From Paraphysomonas bandaiensis (Eukaryota > Protista > Chrysophyceae): a DNA stretch of 64,000 nt. A model generated the notes under the pieces. That model was not told where the DNA came from. It did no database searches and worked only from the letters and a program-made list of their open reading frames with translations. The translations under genes were made by a program, and so were the position numbers. Shown here in pieces: positions 38,185-51,900 of this stretch. Each line of letters starts with the position of its first letter. Position 1 is the stretch's first letter. The stretch covers positions 65,719 to 129,718 of the forward strand of contig CBFFRP010000011.1 of NCBI GenBank assembly GCA_965644295.1. The letters run 5' to 3'.

Positions 38185-41100
38185 TGGTAGCGAGCGAGGA
38201 GGAGAGAAGGAGGATAGAGGAGTAGTTCCTCAGTTCAACGAGACTAACGTTGAACAATGGATTGAGGACTTCGAGACATTCCTTATGAGGAAGGAACAAA
38301 GCGAGGTAGCGGTGGAACTGCCACCTAAGGAGAGCGACTTCGGGGAGCAGCCACTTACGTTGATGGAGGAGAAGGCGTACAGACAGGCTGTGAAGAGGTA
38401 TTGGAAGGCGAACGCCATAGCTTATTCTTACTGCAGGGATGCGGTGCAGCATTCCCCGAAAGCGCTGCGTAAATTCCATCTTACCCACAAAGCGTTCAAG
38501 GCAGAAGGGAGTGGTGTAAACAGGTTCAAAACACATGTAATGATTGATGAGTTGAAGAAGTGTTTTGCTGGAGGGAAGCAAAATAGGATCAGTGACCTCT
38601 TAACTCAATATGGTTCTTTCCGTATGCGTCCGGAGGAGACGGCGAAGGACTACGTACTACGGTTCGAACTACTGCTGAAGGAACTACAGGAGCAGCAGCA
38701 GGATATCTCGGAGGTATCAAAAACAAGTCGACTACGAGAAGGCTTGCTCAATGAAGAGTATGCTCAACTGAGAGTTGGATTATACTTGATGGATGATGAT
38801 GTTAATTATGTAACTGTATCACGTAAGATAGAAGGCTATGATGATACTATGGCTGGGAAGGAAGCGTTGGAGAAGAAGCGTAAAAGAGTGGAGGAGCTGA
38901 ACCTGATAGACAGTAAGAAACGATATCGCAGAGAGAGGGATCATCGTAAGAAGAACAACGGTAAGAAGAAGCCGATGAAGAAGGATACAGAGATTACAGG
39001 GCAGCGACCTGGAAGTGCCGAATATACTGGGTGCAGAAATTGTAAGTCAAAGGAACATCTTGCCATCGATTGTCCAGCATCGAAAAAGAAGTACTCGCAA
39101 AGCAAGAGCAAGGCTGTGAGGTTTCAAGATGGAAGGAAACCAGACAAAAGACTACTTACAGTTGAAAACATCAGGCGTGGAGAGCCAGCGGATTTGTCTG
39201 ACGATGACGAAGCAAATATGATCGAGCAACAGGAAGAGTATCACTTGTCATGTAATGTGTATGAGACGAATATATGCAGTAGTGTGCATGAGGATATTCA
39301 CTATACATACATTGATACCTGTTGTTCGTCATCAATGTTTTTGATAAATGATGTGAATATACTTGATAGTCATATGCACACATCAAAGGTTATTAATGGT
39401 TCGAAAAAAGGGTCAGAGATATGCGTCACGAGTGTAGGTTCCCGTGGAGCATGGAAGAACATTGAGGTATCAAGTCAGATAAATCGGTGTCTTTGTTCTG
39501 GACGGAAGTTGAACGATATGGGATATCGATTTACTGTATGGTATGGTATACAGATATATGACAGAAATACGGATGAGCTGGTGTTGGAGGGACCTATGAA
39601 GAATGGAATGACTGCTGTGCCAACACAGCAGTTATTGGAGCTTCCAGACGTATCGACATCCAGTGATTCAGAAGTAAATCTCAGTGACCGTACGGGTGAG
39701 GATGAACTGGAGCTGTTACATAGGAGAGCGGGTCATTTTAACAAGCATGCGTTGGTAGAAGCCCACAAAAGAATGCTAATTATTGGGACTGGACTGAAAC
39801 GAAAACATCTCTCGAAACGTGTTTCCAAAGAACAGTGTCTATGTGATGTATGCGCCAGGGCGAAGATCACCAGAGTAAGTTTTCGGACAAAGGATGAGGA
39901 CTCCGTTCGTCCAAATTTCTCGGCCGATGTAGCAGTATACTTAAATTGTCCAGCTCGAGGAGGGGAAATATATGTGCTCAAACTAACACACCATGCCAGT
40001 CGGATGTTCTGGTCGGAAGGGCTTGTTCATAGGACTGGGTCATCGGTACTGCAGGTTTTCAAGAAGATTTTTGAAGGAGATGTGAAAAGGTACAAATTAG
40101 AAATGCATCATTACCATGCAGATGGAGCAGGGGAGCTAATATGTGATGAGCTGCGACAATATCTTAGGTCACAGGGTTGCTATCAACATACGTGGAGCTC
40201 TACGGACTCTCCTGAGATGAACGCGATTGAGGAGCGGAAATTCAGGACCTGTGGTGAGATGACATTAGCGATGCTGATTCAGTCAGGATTGCCTTCACAG
40301 TTTTGGCTAGATGCCTACATGGCAGCCAGGTACATATTAATTCGATTGCCTACAAAGACAGCGAAGGGGTATATGTCCCCTCTTGAATTTTTGACTGGTG
40401 AGGCTCCCAACCTGAAATATCTCAGAGTATGGGGGTGTCGTGCGTATGTCCTCACTACAAAGGCGGATCGACGGAAAGACTGGGACGACAAGGCCCTTAT
40501 CGGATATCTGATAGGATATTCAGATGAAAAGGTAGGATATGATGTATATCTACCTGCGACTGATAGGGTCGTCACGTCGGTACATGTATTAACTGATGAG
40601 TCCATACCGTCACGCTCGGAGAGCTATTTCGCTGAGATAGATGCTCTTCGAGTGAAGGAGGCCGAGAGACCGAAGATTGTGTCTGACTATGCGGGCTTAG
40701 AAGGTACATATCATATTGATGATGAGGATGGTCTTCTCTACAAGACCACGAGAGTAGTAGAACGAAAGGGGGTAATAGTAGCCTATCGATCTCTGGTAAC
40801 TGCAGGTCGGAAGCATATCGAGCACCGGGTGCCGATTCACGTCGAGGACGTAGTGCGAATGACTGCAGAAACTCCCGGGAATACCGGATATATAGGAAAG
40901 GGGGACGCCCTGAGTACTATGCCAGCCAGGGTGCTGGACCAGGGAAGACCTGGAGGGTTACAGGAGAGTCCTGACCCAACCTGTCAGGAGACAGCTGTGA
41001 GGTTGCAGACCTCTGAAGACTATGAGTCTGGGGTTGTGAGCGGGGCTCCTCCCACAACGCACGATGTGCGTGCTCAGGATGAGCAAGGTACGGGTTCTTA

Positions 41101-42879
41101 TATACCTCGTCGACCGATTGAACTAGATGGTGATGGTCGGGTCCGACGCAAACGGCTGCAGCGGAGACTGGCAAACGCGTCAGTTTTAGGAGAGATTAAT
41201 ATGGTTGAAGTACCGGATGCGCATAATATTGATCTTAACCATGCAGAGACAGAAGATATCAAGATACCAAATTCATATGCCGAGGCAGAGAGATCTCCAC
41301 AGTATCAACAATGGAGAAAAGCTCGAATGGTGGAGAAGACATCATTGCTGAAAAGACGTGTCTTGAAGATCGTGAAAATTCCAAGCGGAGTGAAATTAGT
41401 TAGAGCGAAATATGTGCATACGGTGAAGCGAGACATACTAGGGAATATAGTAAAGTACAAGGCTCGGCTAGTGGCATTAGGAAATCTCCAAGAGAAGAAG
41501 GAGGAGGAGCCGTCCACTTTCGCTCCAGTGGTTAAGGGTATAACCATTAGACTAGTGTTAGCGATTGCGTTTATGTTACAGATGCATGTGCATCAAATAG
41601 ATGTATCATCCGCATTTTGCTATGCAGATCTGGAGGATGACGTTTATATGGCACCTCCACCAGATGAGGAATTACTAGCTGGATGGTGTTTTCAACTAAT
41701 CAAGGCATTGTATGGACTGCGATCTTCACCGCGACAGTGGAATAAACATATTGACAAGTTTATTAAATCATTGCATTTTACTCCGTGTATTTTGGATACG
41801 TGTTTGTATATGCGATGGAGTAACGGAAAACTGCATTTATTATTGATATATGTTGATGATATCATAATTGCATCCGCTGATCTGACTTACTTGGAAAGCG
41901 TAAAGCGTAGGTTCTGTGAAACATTCGAGATGCATGATCTGGGAGTGTGTAAGCGATTTCTGAACATCAGGATAACCAGAGGAGAAAATTGGTATATGTT
42001 AGATCAATCTGAGTATGCTAAGAATATTATCAAGAAATTCAGCTCAGTTATGGGAAAGAGTAGTAAGAATAAGGAGGCCCCACTACCTACTAATGTTCAG
42101 GATCTGTTGGCAGAGGAACGTGAACTTACGGAGGAGCAGAAGCAGTGGGTTGACTCATTTCCGTATCGGCAAATTATTGGAGCAGTGTTGTATCTAGCAA
42201 TGCATACTAGACCTGATCTGGCTTATGCAGTGGGGTTATTGTCTCGATTTAGTAGTTGTCCGACATATGCATCGTGCAAACTGGCGATTCACTTATTGAA
42301 ATATTTGCGTGGAACAATTGATGAGGGCATCAGATTCAGTGGGAGTGAGTTCGACTTACATGTGTTCAGTGATTCAGATTGGGCTGGTGATAGACTGACT
42401 CGGCGATCGACAACAGGATACATTGTGTTCTTATGTGCAGGCGCATTGGCCTGGCAGTCTAAACTACAGACCACAGTTGCAACTTCGAGCATGGAATCTG
42501 AATATATGGCGGAGTATGCGGCTATGCAAGAACTGGTGTGGCTTCGGGGGTGTTCAAGGAGCTCGGGCTCTTAGTTGCGAAGCCGACTCCATTCTTTATG
42601 GATAGCAAGAGTGCGAAAGATCTCTCCGAGAATCCTGTGTATCATAAGAGGTCGAAGCATATAGACATCAAGTATCACTGGGTGAGAGAGCATGTAAATG
42701 GAAAATTTCCTACGGCAAAGTTGATTCATGTGTCGACGGATGATATGGCGGCTGATATTTTCACGAAGGCATTGTCAACGAAACTTTTCAGTCGTCATGA
42801 GAAAACTATTACCGGGGTTAAGAGAAGTGTGTCAACCAGAGTTGAGGAGCAGCAGAAGAAGCGACCCCGAAGAGGTTAA
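38168..42879 (+). CDS. Copia gag-pol polyprotein with one frameshift in RNase H at the G-run 42546-42550
   Basis: Zn knuckle CRNCKSKEHLAIDC; integrase HRRAGH..CDVC, SADV, HADGAGE, EERKFR; RT YKARLVALG, QIDVSSAF, ALYGLR, YVDD; RNase H FSDSDWAG, continuing in 42538-42879 with KHIDIKYHWVRE and ADIFTKAL. Confidence 0.95.
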
Positions 42880-43052
42880 AGGTGTGTTTTAGTGGGTGAG
42901 AATCCCACATAACTATATATCTAGTTGACTGCTAGTTATATATGTATCTTGATAAGATTTCACATCTATTTTACCTATGAGACTAGTTTATAGCATGAAG
43001 ATCACTGTACTCATTGTTGTTTCGTATCACTGCATTCTACATTGAGTGGGAG

Positions 43053-43345
43053 TATTAGAATATGGACTGTATCCTAGTATATTCAATGTGGTACTTGAAG
43101 ACAATGTACGAGAATACAGTGAAGTATGGTGATGTGTAGATGCTGTTATGATATTGAGAAAACTGAAATAGTTTGCTCTTTCAAGATATGTTTAGTAGCG
43201 AAAGGTCTACAGAAGTAGTGATTTATGCATGGCACAAAACGAGCTTGTGTTGTTTAACACAATTCGTGTAAACGATATTAATAAATCTATCTAGTCTAAC
43301 AACTTAATCTCTCTTTGATCTAAGTAAAATGAGCATTTCCCAACA
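43053..43345 (+). repeat. 3' LTR (TA...CA)
   Basis: Direct repeat of 37892-38184, preceded by a polypurine tract. Confidence 0.95.
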
Positions 43346-43619
43346 ATCTCAACTACCATCATAGATAGACGCTTCCTTATACAGTCTAGTTATTTTAATT
43401 TTGCTAACATTGTTCCTAGTAGTAAATGTCTAATAATTCGTATTATGTCATTAGTTCATGTAATACTGTGAACCACTACTGTATACGTCAAGCAACTGCC
43501 AATATTCAAATACCTTAAAATGCAGCTTTAAATTGCTTACAAAGTGTAGTGAATGTTTTATTATTAGAAATATGCGTTTAGGAGTCCGAACAAATTTAGC
43601 ATTGCAATTTAACTAACCA

Positions 43620-45300
43620 ATGTCCTTGAGGTGGGCCCATTCCCGGATGCCTGTTTATCAATTTCCCAGATGATGCTAAGTTCTTTTGATCTTCTTCATC
43701 TCATCTCTCGATACTTCTCACAAATGACACCACGCTGATATTTTGTAAAGATAGCAGCAGTGTGATCACCAGTTCTAACATGATACAGTGCAGTTGTGTT
43801 GAATGGGCCATCTGGGTCTACATGTTATCTCACCCAGTGAAACATGATCTCAATATTCTTCTAAGTCACGAGCACTTTGGCAATCCAGTAAAAATGGGGT
43901 GGGTTCGTACAGTCGAAGTCCCAGTTTGGTTAACGCCCCCCAGCAATTAATTGATATTAATTGGTGTGATAGTTATTGGATATCGTTCACCAATTAGGCT
44001 GGCTTAATTGTATAGCATTTTAAGCTGATAGCACTGGTCATATGTACAAACTCATTTTTAGTTTTTGTATAAAAAGACGTACGCGCATAGTCACTGGTGT
44101 GACAGTATTAGGGTCAAAATACACTTTAACCTCAGCAAGAGAAATAACATGTCTTAGAACAAACGGAGAACCTCCACAACGATCGTCATGATACATAGTA
44201 TAAACTCACTACACCGCAGAATTGAATCTGATACACCCTTATCTCGGTACTGTATCTACTATAGCACACTCAACATGTCAATTCCCGTTCATCCAATTCC
44301 ATATCGGACTGGCTACTATTGAATTCACCACTGCTGAGGTATGCGTCGTCGATGTTATCTGTCATATTGAAAGTATAAAATTAATAGGTTTGAAATTGCT
44401 GCTCCCACGGTCACAAAGCGGTCTCACTGGTGCAATTATGCATACTTACGCATGAAACAGACGTCCATCAAATTCAAACTGACTCCAACGTCTTCCCTCC
44501 ATTGTGGGCACTCGTCCAACACATGTATCCACGTTTTTACTGTTCTCCCGGGTGACTTCCGATAGTAGGAAACAGAGCGCCTTCTCCTCGGATGAAAACT
44601 TACTAGAAATTCACCTGACACTGCTTGTTATAATCTCTATGTCCTGGGTCAGGAGAAACCAAGCCTAGGCAGTAGACGTGTGGTAAGACATAACAGGCCT
44701 AATCACATTGCTCCGGATTGACAGTATAACTACATCATTCAATACTGTTGCCCTTGATCATATCTGCGACATATCATCATCTCATTAATCAATACACTGC
44801 ATTTCATCAGATATGAGTTCGTGTAGAGCTGTTGCGAGTCGTTTCTCGATTCTAACGCGGGTTGCAACATCGTTTTATTAGCCTCACCTTATTCTGCTAC
44901 CAATAGTTCTCCAGGTAAATTATAAACCCTGCAAATTTATATTCAAAACAATTCATACTGGGTTCTCCATGAAACCTACCAATTAACCTAGATACCAAAG
45001 CACTAGCCAAAAAACTTTGTCGGGGTCGTCGATTGGCAGTATATCCTCTTCTCGGAAATATTGCTCCACTGTTTAAAGATTGCACTGATACACACATCTT
45101 TACTTTCCACCATTTCTCGAGAGCTTCCGTGCATTAGTTTCCCTGTCATGCCTTGTCCCTGGATGCGCTTGTCTCTCCTCTTGACATAGATCAACTATAG
45201 TTCTAATTCTTAGCCCAGTGTACAGTCCATGCTGATGAAATTGGGCAGTATCTTCCAGAAATCTGAACTACGACACGCTGCCATGCTGTTTCTTAGAAGA
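43620..45300 (-). pseudogene. Decayed, internally deleted copia-type relic; boundaries approximate
   Basis: Minus strand ~43735-43950 gives LGLRLYEPTPFLLDCQSARDL and, after a frameshift, KNIEIMFHWVR*HVDPDG..HVRTGDHTAAIFTK, homologous to the RNase H end of the neighbouring element; disrupted gag-like coding sequence at ~44900-45200. Confidence 0.6.
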
Positions 45301-45963
45301 AGCAACTTGCAAAACAACACGCTGTCAATTCATGATATTTCTCATTACTTATTGTCATTCACTACATTGATGTTGTCACCGCTAACAGCCAATGTTTTGC
45401 GATCTTAGATAGACATGATCTTCTACAGTCAAAATCATGCAGTTTCTCTAACCTAATACATTTAATTCTGGCATGAAGTGCTGTATTTTTCAAAAAACAG
45501 TTATAATCCAAAAGGCCTTAAAATACAGCTTTTAGTTGTTTAGAAATATTGTGAACACAACTCAAAGTGCGTTTCAATATTTGTCTGAGAAAAAGTATAT
45601 GCTTGTCGTCTTGTTGTTGCTTAGTGTTTGTCGAACTTCGGTATACAAATGAGCTTATGTGATGAATGCAAAAACCTAAAATAAAGTGTAATGCAATGTT
45701 TACAATGCAGTTGTATGTGAGGACGGACACATTTCAACGTTACTCTATTTCGGAAGGAAAATTCACTTCCCTTTTTTACAAGGTGTTTCAATTTCAATGT
45801 AATTCCAGAAGGTATTCAGAGTATTTCAGATGGTGACAAGTCAGGGCTTACCCTGCCTTTTAGGAAAAGACATTGTCTAAAGAGACATTACTGACATGAA
45901 GATTATATACACATTATAGTAAACTACATGACACCCTCATATACCACTTCAACACAGAATTCA

Positions 45964-48900
45964 TTATAATGCCGCCGAAACAAACTGTCCTGACCCAATT
46001 TTATCCAATAGAGAAGTATCAACCGGAGCGCTCTCATCAGCACTAATTTGGCTGTCATCTACAGATCCCAAAGTACTTACAGATTCCCCAATCGACTGCT
46101 TACCACGGAATCGTTTGTCTACTTTGACTGGTCTGTTAACGGAATGTGTAGGCTTCTCTCTCACAAGTAGATGTCCCAACGCAATAGCTTCACTGTGACA
46201 CAACGGTGCTTCTCCATCTTCCATTGCAGCTACAAAAACGCTGAAAGATACTGGAGCAGAGTGCCTAGAGCGGCTACCTCCCGATGTATGGGGACGCACT
46301 CTGTCCTCTCCACTCAGAGATTTAATAGGATCCATGCACCGCGGAAGAGCACGCATATACACCTAAACCAAGCCAGGTTACATTCATGATTTCACTTTAC
46401 GACAAAGTAAGACTTTATGATACCTGCAGTTTCTTTTGCAAATCCCTGTATGATCCTAAACATCCCAACCACGCTTTCAGCTCAGCAACGGTTGTTCGTG
46501 GTTCTCTGTTATCATACGTAGGACGATTAGAGCCTGTGTCATCCACGCTGCCCCAGGCGCACATAGACAACAGCGCAGATGATTCTGAGGGGTCAATCTC
46601 GTTTATACCTAAGCGGGACAGAAGACTGAAGAACGCTGTAGGTCCAATCCAGTCACCGTGATCTAGTCCCCTCACAGGCGTTGGTCGCATCAAGAGTTCT
46701 TCTATATAATCTGCTGCATTCATGCCGCGTTGGATTGACTGGTGCATTGACTTGTATCGACAAGTCGCCAGAAGTTTATACAACCTAAACGTATTCTGTT
46801 CAGTACAAATACTTACAAACAAGCAACTAATCAGAACTCAAGGCGACTACAAACTAAGCAGTAAAGTATCATCACCTTATACCAGACGCTGGAACAGCCT
46901 TCAGCCACTCGTCCTCCATTAACATCTGCAGAGTGCGCAATGGAACCATTCCTCCCCCCTTGGCATCTTCACCCCGACCACTTCCAGCAGCCACCAGCTT
47001 AATCAACATACAAAACTGACAGTACATGTCTTTCCCTGCAGTCTCCTCGGGTCCACCAGTGCGGGCAATGGCACTATTTAATAAACCTGCTTCGATAGCA
47101 AGCTCTCCAAGCATTGTGGCTACATATTCAATTGGTACAATATCTCCTCTCAGTGGCTCAATGCCGTCTTTCAGCAAAATGGAATCATAGAAATGCTGCA
47201 ACCAGCGACGCATCGGCGCAGGGCCATATACAAGGCAGAGCTGCTGCAATAGATGACACGCAGTGTTCTACACAAAATCGAATGCAATTAGCACGTAGGC
47301 GCCAGAGTAGAAGAATGCACACCTTATCAAATGTCTCCGTGATACTCGATTTTAGGCCGACATCCAGCAGACCAGATATTTCAATCACTGTTTCTCCTGC
47401 AGTTGCCTTTTCTTCAGTGCTTCTCATCGCAGCCAGAGAGCGGTTGGAAGGAACCTTCGCACATTGTGCTAATACTTGCTCCATGTACTCTCCAGCTGTC
47501 GATTCCTCCTCTGGAAATGAATACAGTACATTCGCAGTTCCACCTAGTGTGCTCTTCAACTGCTCGGGCGACTGAGATCGGGGTCTCCACATCATAGCCT
47601 CGTGGGTCTCAGAGTGGCTCATGCTTGGAGATGAAATGTACCCGTCAGTATTCCCTAGCCCTGGAATTCGCATCTTCATATCAGACATCGGACTCAATTG
47701 GTCTAATTCAGCGCTTGACACAATACCTCCCTGATGGATACGATCAGATTTTGCAGTTGGTGACTTATTTCCCCGCGTAGGTGATGAGTATTGTTCTGAA
47801 TGTCCGTCAGCGCATAAGCCAATGGAAACGCATAACATGATACCTGATCGCACATTTCCAATGCGTCCCATACTTCTTCGCCGGAACATTCTTTGAATTT
47901 TCGTCGACGCCTCATCCATCTGTCTGCTACTGACTTGGGGTGGGGGCTGCTGATTGCTCGCAATACCTGTAGTACGAGGTGACTGCCCAGCTATACGATG
48001 TGTAGGACTACGCGGCGTCTGGGCTTTACTGGAGGGAGAACCTGGTGGTCGTGGAGATGAGAATAGGTGTTTCTGGGATACGGGGTCATTCCCTTGTTGC
48101 TGCCTAAGAGCAGTGAACACTTCCATATCCGATCTGGGGGTGTGCAAGACTCCAGCACCTCCAGGAGAAGGAGCTTGAATCAATTCTTTTGGCTTCGAAG
48201 AACCGTAGGGTGTACCCGGGAGAGCCGGTCGTGAAATAGATAGCTTAGAGCTACTAAACAACTCCGACGCTTTTGCACCTTGCAACATATCGCTCGTCGA
48301 AGCAGGTTCAGTACTGACAAGTGAAGCTTTCTCACTGCGCTCAGATACAGGGGCAGAAGGCACAAGTGCAGGTGCGAGTTGAGCAAATTTGCCAACCAGT
48401 GCACGTTCCAACTAGATTAATTTGTTGAAATTCATGAGAAGAGAGGCTTCATGAAATACATAGAAACTTACCTGTAGCATCGGAGCTTTACCTTTGAGTT
48501 CAGGTTGCGTTAACTCAGCAACAAGAAGACGCAATGCACCCATAACCCTCTGTTCGGCCTTCATATGCTTCACAAACTCTCGTCCACGCCGACCTCTGCA
48601 TATGGCCTGAATGCGTGTCGCCGCAAGATCCCTTTAGGCATAGATACAAATTAAAGCCATTCATTCAAGCGGCTCGGCACCGTACCTGATTTCTTCTTCG
48701 CTCTTTGCTTTCGCAAACTTGCCAGCTCGAAGAGCATGTCTTCGCTTTTGAAGGTCTACGGATGCGAGCGCGCGAACACGGAGAAGTTCTGCAAGTCGGT
48801 CCCTCAGCTGCACCGCCTGCTCGCAGAGTTCCATGATCTGTGCATGCCTGAGAGTATACCCTCTTGACAAAAGAAAATATAGAAAACATTCTAGACTAAC

Positions 48901-51900
48901 CGCTTTTCTGGACTTATCATTGACTTCTTTGCGAGAGCATTCAGCAGTTCCTCCCCCTTCACCTAAGCACACTTGAGATCCACTCCAATGCACATGTTTC
49001 ACATACCTCCCCTAAGAGTTCGTTTGCCTTTAACTCCGCCATCGAGAGTAAAACTTCTTCACGGTTTTCACGAGTGAAGGTAATATCTCGACTTACATTG
49101 TCAAGAGTGTTGGTACCTACGCCAGGTTGGTCACCTCTATCTTCCTTCGGGCCACCCTACATGCTGTAAGGAGTGGTGCATCCGGTACGCATACAACGTA
49201 CCTGTCTTTGCTGTGTAGCATATGCTACCCACAGTAAGGATTCCCTCTCATACACTTCCTGTTTTGAAGCTTGAAGTGGATTGATTCTCGCGTATTTATT
49301 GGGTTTATCTTTTTTTCCTGATTGGCCTTCGAGAAGCTTCTTGTCATCATGCAGACTGTAATCTAGGTCTCGAACATTCATTAGAGCTGTATCAAGTCCA
49401 AGACCTGTTGCACGAAATCTATCGTTGGCGTCATGCACAGGATGATGCATGGCCCCACATAGCATGGAGGAATAAGCTATTGCACCCCAATTGGACTTCT
49501 CTCGAATCGCCTTCGTAATCACAAGTCAAAGCATGTCATCGGTAGCAAGGCATAGCGCATTATATAATACACTACGAAATATATATTGCAATAAAATTTT
49601 AACTAACCTTAACGGTCTTTAAGTGACCTCCAATGGCGCTGTGAATGCTATTTTCAGAGCGATCATGTTTATTATCGAAAGGAGGTATATCACAAAGGAT
49701 ATCTCTCACACTGGCTTCATAGGTACCACGATCTTTCTTCTATGAAGACAAAAGTCATCGCATAATCACACGACATCTAAACAATGAAAAGTAACATACC
49801 ATTTCAGTGTTTTCGTGGAGGTTTCCATGTTGCCGTGTTTCACGACTGCTTTTTATCCCCGCCATGCTGCCATTAATTGCCTGTCGTGCATCTTCAAGCG
49901 ATAACAATGGTTTTTTACGACCAGTAAGATGATCCAAGAGCCTTTTAGACCGGGAAAGAGATTCCATTCGCACACTCTATGGACATCTAATAAACACAGA
50001 GCAAACACGTAATATATATCAACATACTTGATTCTCCTTCCATTGCGACTGAGATGTCAAGTACTCGTCAAGCAACACGGCTGCCTGCTGCTTTGACTGA
50101 AAGTACTCCTGAAATTTTCTGCGGGGGTTTGAGCGCCCTTCCATATTACTCCCCGCAACTCCCCTGGAAGGTTTAGCTCCAGGATGGGTGTAGTCAATTT
50201 CGTACTGTTGTCTGTACAAATTGTCCTTTTCTATTTGCTTCTTCTTGGCTTCATCCTTAACACGGTCCATTAGCTGAACCAATGATAATGCATCAGGAGC
50301 TGCCAGGGAATTCTCACAATCATCTGAAACCACTTATCCACAGAGGTCTACAAATTGCTTATTACTACCTACCTAATTCGAGCACAGGGATTCGACGAGA
50401 GGTAATGGCGTTAAAATGTTCCAGCATTTCGGCCTGAAGCTGTGAGATTTTAGCTTCAGTCTCATCTGCTTCGCCGCTACGTTTCCTCTCGTTTTCTTTT
50501 GGGTCTGATACGCACATCATTACTATACCACTGAAAACAACAGTAATATCTACCTTTGGATGTCTGTAATTTCTTTTTTTCTCGGGCTGCAAGCATCAAT
50601 CGTCGTTTCCTCCAGCATTTTTGAATTATTCTGTAATTAACACGTTACTACCTCATGTTCACGTTCTTGTAAGCTTACTTGGCTGATGATCCGCTTCGTA
50701 GTCTCTCAAATTCCAAGAAATTTTGCACTGGGAGGTGTCTCAGCAGTGCGAGTTCCTTCTCTTGATTTCTAATACGTCTGTACGATGGCAATCAACCAAA
50801 CCTAGATTAATATTCGTGAGTGTTACCGTAGCCGTTTAGCACGCTCTTTCTCTTGCTGGATACAAATTTTCATTCGATTTAGATCTTCTTTGTACTTGAT
50901 CCGATTCAACCGACCGCGGGAAACACGTTGAATCTCTACAGCTGCGATCCGCTCACGTTTGCGTTGTTTACGAGTTCGCCTGCCATTATTACATCTTGTC
51001 ATCATATAAAAACGCACGAGTGCAACATTCATACCATCCTCTGTAGGTACTCTGTAGCTTCAATACAGCTGAGGGAGGTTCAAGTATTTTCTTTCCTCCG
51101 ACATGCCCTTGTTCAACTGCTCGCTGGCGTTTTTTTCTTCGTATGCGTCTCTGACGAGGAGCAGAAGCGGCTTCCAGGTCTAAAAGATTTTTTCTTAAGT
51201 CCGATGGTAGAAGTACTCTAGATAGTGCGATTACGAATTGTGTAACGGTGATGTATCGCTTGTCACCAACACTCCTCGGGTCAGGCTGATGAGATGCATC
51301 GTCAGATTTACTCTCAATATTAATACGCGTCTCCTTAGAACCCGCAGAGTTGCTTTCGATTGGAAGTAATAAAAGCTCCAACAGATCGTCTACATTCGCT
51401 GACCCTTGTTCTGTTTTCTCATTCGAAGAAATACTCGTCGATTGGGACATTTTATTAAACAAAGCTTTCTTGAGCTCTTCTATATTCGAAAAAATTTGCT
51501 TCGCACATTCGTCATTCACACAATATCCAAAAGCAGCACAAAAACGTCGAAATCCATTAAGACCTATTCTTTTAGTCATGCCAGGAGGCCTAAAAGTAAC
51601 AGAGGACTTGTCCAATGCATCAACCTGAGCGGCATTGTGAAGTATGGCAACTAATCGGGACTCTTCAATAAGGCCTTCACGGATAAGAGTACGTATGTTC
51701 ATAATCAATTGTTTGAAGGAACTCACTGAGCCGGAGGCGTCAGACTTAGAGGCATTTTCTGTGCATTTAGATGAATGCAACACCATGTCTCGCACTGCCT
51801 CTACGAAAGGGTGGTTCTTAACATCGTTTTCACCAGAAGAAAGAGGCGTAGACTTGCTTGTATAATTCTCAAAAGTGGTCGTAAGAAGTTGCTGAACATC

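Larger units (their letters stand above)
37892..43345 (+). mobile_element. Full-length Ty1/copia LTR retrotransposon with 5-bp TSD ATCTC
   Basis: LTRs 37892-38184 and 43053-43345 (293 bp, identical by eye); TSD ATCTC at 37887-37891 and 43346-43350; PBS TGGTAGCGAGC at 38185; PPT GAGTGGGAG before the 3' LTR; gag-PR-IN-RT-RH order. Confidence 0.97.

Noticed and set aside
50989-51034. Stop at 50989 as the true end of the 4325-aa ORF
   Set aside because: The ORF runs into a GT-AG intron (50980-51034); splicing completes an IQ motif and the gene continues.
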